A DNA stretch of 64,000 bases from a virus (lineage: Duplodnaviria; Caudoviricetes): positions 1 through 64,000 of the IMG/VR virus record IMGVR_UViG_3300021592_000001; one strand, given 5' to 3'. Of the stretch, positions 60,988-64,000 are shown piece by piece; position 1 is the first letter of the stretch, and each line of letters opens with the position of its first letter. Under the pieces are notes generated by a model, which worked only from the letters and a program-made list of their open reading frames with translations, was not told the DNA's origin and did not search any database. The position numbers and the translations under genes are program-made.

Positions 60988-62443
60988 TTATATATTATCC
61001 CATTCCTCTAAATCACTATAGAAGTCTTCATTTATACTTTTGGCGCTTCTAGACAATTTGCTTCTCTTCCTCTCCGTTTTAGCTATCAGTTCAGCCCCAA
61101 AAGACTCTATAGCTGCCTTGACTTTGCTATTGCGCATGGATAATACCTTCAAAAGTTCTACACTGCTAAGGTCGATAACAGATAACACACCAGTCGGTCT
61201 TAATACTCTTCTTCTTAGTTCCTTCAATATAAGGGTTCTATAAGTAACATCGACTACCATGCCGAACAACTTTCTATGTAGCTTATCGTCGTAATGAACT
61301 GTGATTTCTTTTCCGATAAGGTCTTCAAATGACTTCACTGTATCGCTCTTGTTGCGCAAGGTCATCTTCACTACATTTCTGAGGTCTATACTTTCTACAT
61401 CTACCTTACCACCATACAAAGGTCGACTTATAAAGATAACACCATCGTCTATACCTACACATTTAGCTCTAGACCTTCTAGTTCTCCAGCGATGAGTATG
61501 TATTTCTACTATTTTTCCTTTCAAAGAAGATATACGCCAGCCTCCATGTTTTGCACTGGCATCTATTTCCAAATTTTTAGGTTTACTTCGATCTTTTGCC
61601 ATTTCCCTTTATTCCTCTCTTTTTAGATTTCTTTAAAGGGAAATCGTCCGCAGAAGCGTATGCGGAGACGATATCCAAATCCTTACGGGACACTCTAGCA
61701 TATTGACTTACAACGTCTTTCTCGGCAGAGAAAATTCTGAGATCCAAGTACGCTTGTGATAATCTCCCACAGTATTCGCTATTAAGAAATCTATCGAGAG
61801 CATCTCCTTTTATATTATATTTTGCTTTAGTGATAGGGAGTTTCTTGATCTTTCTCATTCCTAGTACGTACTCCACTATTCTTTTAGTTATAGCATTCTT
61901 CTTTTTGTCTGATAGGCTAGCAGTTATCTTCTCGAGAATATCCGAAAGGGTTGCACTGTTACTGTTGCTATTTATAGTCTCCATAATCGTATTACGGTCT
62001 GCATCCTTTACAACAGTCATTCCGTCTCTGTTTTCTATCATCAGGCCATCTTCGTTATCTGTATCGCCATCTAGGGATGGTACTCCAGGTGAACAATCTT
62101 CCAAAGCTGTATTAAATATATCTGGAGTCATTGAAAAATATTCGCAACTGCCGTCTGACTTAATAGCAGTGTCTACTAGTTCGAGAAATAGACCCCTTAG
62201 ATTAAAGAGACTATCAAATACTACCACTTTTACGTTTGAAAGGTCGTATTTTGAGGCATACTTTTTGAGCAGCCTCAAAGTATCTACTAGTAATACCTTC
62301 GTCCTGTCACTATCCTTTCTCAACCATTCTGACAGCTTTTCTTCTTCGGTAGAAGATCCTTCTCCTGCTACGAATGGGTAGAATTTCTCTCTATTTATTA
62401 TCAGATTTAATACCGCTGGATTATACTGTGTGAATCCTATCAT
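60988..62443 (-). CDS. Two hypothetical genes (60988-61602; 61583-62443)
   Basis: Long ORFs with SDs in the replication block. Confidence 0.55.
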
Positions 62444-62475
62444 GATAACAGCCCTCCATTTATTTGATTATTTAT

Positions 62476-64000
62476 TTACGATTTCAAGATTTCTATTTTG
62501 CCGAAATTTGTGTACATTACTTTGTTAAACTCCTCAAGCGGTATTCTGGTCTTTAAATCATTACCTTCCTTAATAGCAGGACCTAGCATGAATATGCTGT
62601 TGTATTTCTTCTTGAGAAAGGGTATCAATGTTTCTCCAATTAGAGAAGTTCCTATGTCGTCTACATTAGCATCCACCTCGTCAAGTATTATTAGATTACT
62701 CTGTTTTGAGGAGGGAACAAGGCTTGAGATTACAGGTATCAAAAGCAGCATCAGTCTTTTCTTCATTCCTCCGCTCAAAAAACGAACACTCCGTTCCTGT
62801 CCCTTTTCTCTAAGTTTTCTAAAATAGATAGCTGAACTGTCTGACTTTTTGACAGAAGAGAAGACTATTGGAGACTCGAATATCATCGGTGCAAGCATAT
62901 TTAAGTATGAAACTACCGTACTATTAATATCGTGAATACGATCCAACTTCAATTTGTCTGGAGCATACGCTTTATACAAAGCGTTGAGCAACTTCATCTT
63001 TCTCTCACGTTTTTCAATCCTCTTAATGTCTGGCGTTAGGGTTTTAAGCTCTTTTTCTATTCTTTTAATCTCTTCCAATTCCCTTTGTAGCTTTCCGACC
63101 GACATACTCAACTTTGATACTGAGCGGTCGATGTCTTTCTTTCGCTTTTCAGCCCTTTTGAGTTTCTTTTTCAATCCATAAGTCTCAAGATGCTTATCTC
63201 CTAGCTTCTTGTTGATAGAAGAGAGCTCTTTCATAAGAGGGTAAGCTTTCAACGTGTTTGCTTCTTCCCGCTTTAACGCCTCCATCATTTTCTTAATTTT
63301 AGGGAGCTTCTCTTTAGCTTCTTTGTATTCATCCACAGATATATCTCTATATTCTGAGAGCTTTTCTCTAAGAGAGAGAACGTGTTCAAGCGTCTGTATT
63401 TCATCAGAAATGTCTACTAATGAGGATAGGTCTCCACTAGGCAGCTCGTCGACCCGTGCTTTTATTGCTTCTATCTTACGCAAAGCTTTAACCTGCTTTT
63501 CGAGCTGCTCTATAGTCTTGTCTATTGCGCTAAGTTCTTGTTCATATTTCTGTCTTGCTTCCTTTCTATTCTTAATCTGCTGCACTACGAACTTTGGATC
63601 GTCTATAGGTCTGAAGCACTTATCACATACGGCTTTATCTTTCAACGACGAAAGTTTTTTAAGTTCCTTGTTTATAGTAGATATTGCCTCTTCTGTATGT
63701 GCTCTTTTCCTTTCTGCTTCTTTTAATTTCTCTTCACAGTTCTCTTCAACTATTCTTTTCTGATACATTCTGATGGTGTTCTCATATTTCGCACGTTTCC
63801 GAATCAGAGAACGTTCTTTAAGTAATCTTCTTAGTTCCTCCAGTCTTTTTCTCAGACTATCTATACTATAATGGGAATATTTCTCGCCATTTGACTCCTT
63901 TAGTTCTTTTATAAGTTGTGCTTTCCTATCTCCTCGAAATACAATCTGTTCCAAGGTCTTTACCCTGTCTTCGAGATAGTCTTTTTCTTTTGCAATAGTT
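62476..64000 (-). CDS. sbcC: SbcC/Rad50-like SMC ATPase, 5' end outside the window
   Basis: Coiled coils, CDKC zinc hook, LSGG signature, IILDE Walker B. Confidence 0.9.
   Translation of the reverse strand, partial: TIAKEKDYLEDRVKTLEQIVFRGDRKAQLIKELKESNGEKYSHYSIDSLRKRLEELRRLLKERSLIRKRAKYENTIRMYQKRIVEENCEEKLKEAERKRAHTEEAISTINKELKKLSSLKDKAVCDKCFRPIDDPKFVVQQIKNRKEARQKYEQELSAIDKTIEQLEKQVKALRKIEAIKARVDELPSGDLSSLVDISDEIQTLEHVLSLREKLSEYRDISVDEYKEAKEKLPKIKKMMEALKREEANTLKAYPLMKELSSINKKLGDKHLETYGLKKKLKRAEKRKKDIDRSVSKLSMSVGKLQRELEEIKRIEKELKTLTPDIKRIEKRERKMKLLNALYKAYAPDKLKLDRIHDINSTVVSYLNMLAPMIFESPIVFSSVKKSDSSAIYFRKLREKGQERSVRFLSGGMKKRLMLLLIPVISSLVPSSKQSNLIILDEVDANVDDIGTSLIGETLIPFLKKKYNSIFMLGPAIKEGNDLKTRIPLEEFNKVMYTNFGKIEILKS

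Noticed and set aside
49791-63763. Plus-strand ORFs in the replication block, and minus-strand ORFs in 0.6-48 kb
   Set aside because: Antisense shadows of well-supported genes, without SDs or motifs
1-64000. Stop-codon reassignment, retron/DGR, or prophage boundary
   Set aside because: Conserved genes are intact in the standard code using all three stops; no reverse transcriptase, integrase or host housekeeping block seen

Overview
Gene-dense segment of a large (jumbo-type) dsDNA bacteriophage genome. Evidence for a bacterial host: sigma70-type promoters (TTGCAT-17-TATAAT) and very strong AGGAGG Shine-Dalgarno sites. No integrase, reverse transcriptase, CRISPR or core virion genes are visible. 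1-49.6 kb is almost entirely + strand: a tRNA-like RNA, a beta-helix (tailspike-like) protein, two noncoding repeat arrays, dozens of small early-type genes with internal paralogues, RimK, PolX-PHP, ATP-dependent ligase and a large DNA-modification/counter-defence complement. 49.7-64 kb is - strand: a replication module (SbcC, SF2 helicase, DnaB, 5'-3' exonuclease, sliding clamp) plus a radical SAM enzyme, macrodomain and LapG-like protease. The main discovery candidate is a putative new DNA-hypermodification system: a pyruvoyl decarboxylase and an overlapping three-gene run of amino-acid:DNA transferase (aGPT-PPlase2/ADDT), sulfotransferase and amidinotransferase (25.5-29.8 kb). It lies just downstream of a PurZ0-type 2-aminoadenine (Z-base) synthetase, so both bases of the A:T pair may be altered. 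Other highlights: a ~94-bp inverted repeat pair with 13-7-13 palindromic cores bracketing ~19.8 kb, a conserved operator-promoter module, paired NADAR and macrodomain ADP-ribosyl hydrolases, and stand-alone structural-protein domains in the early region. All family calls come from motif recognition by eye, not database searches.
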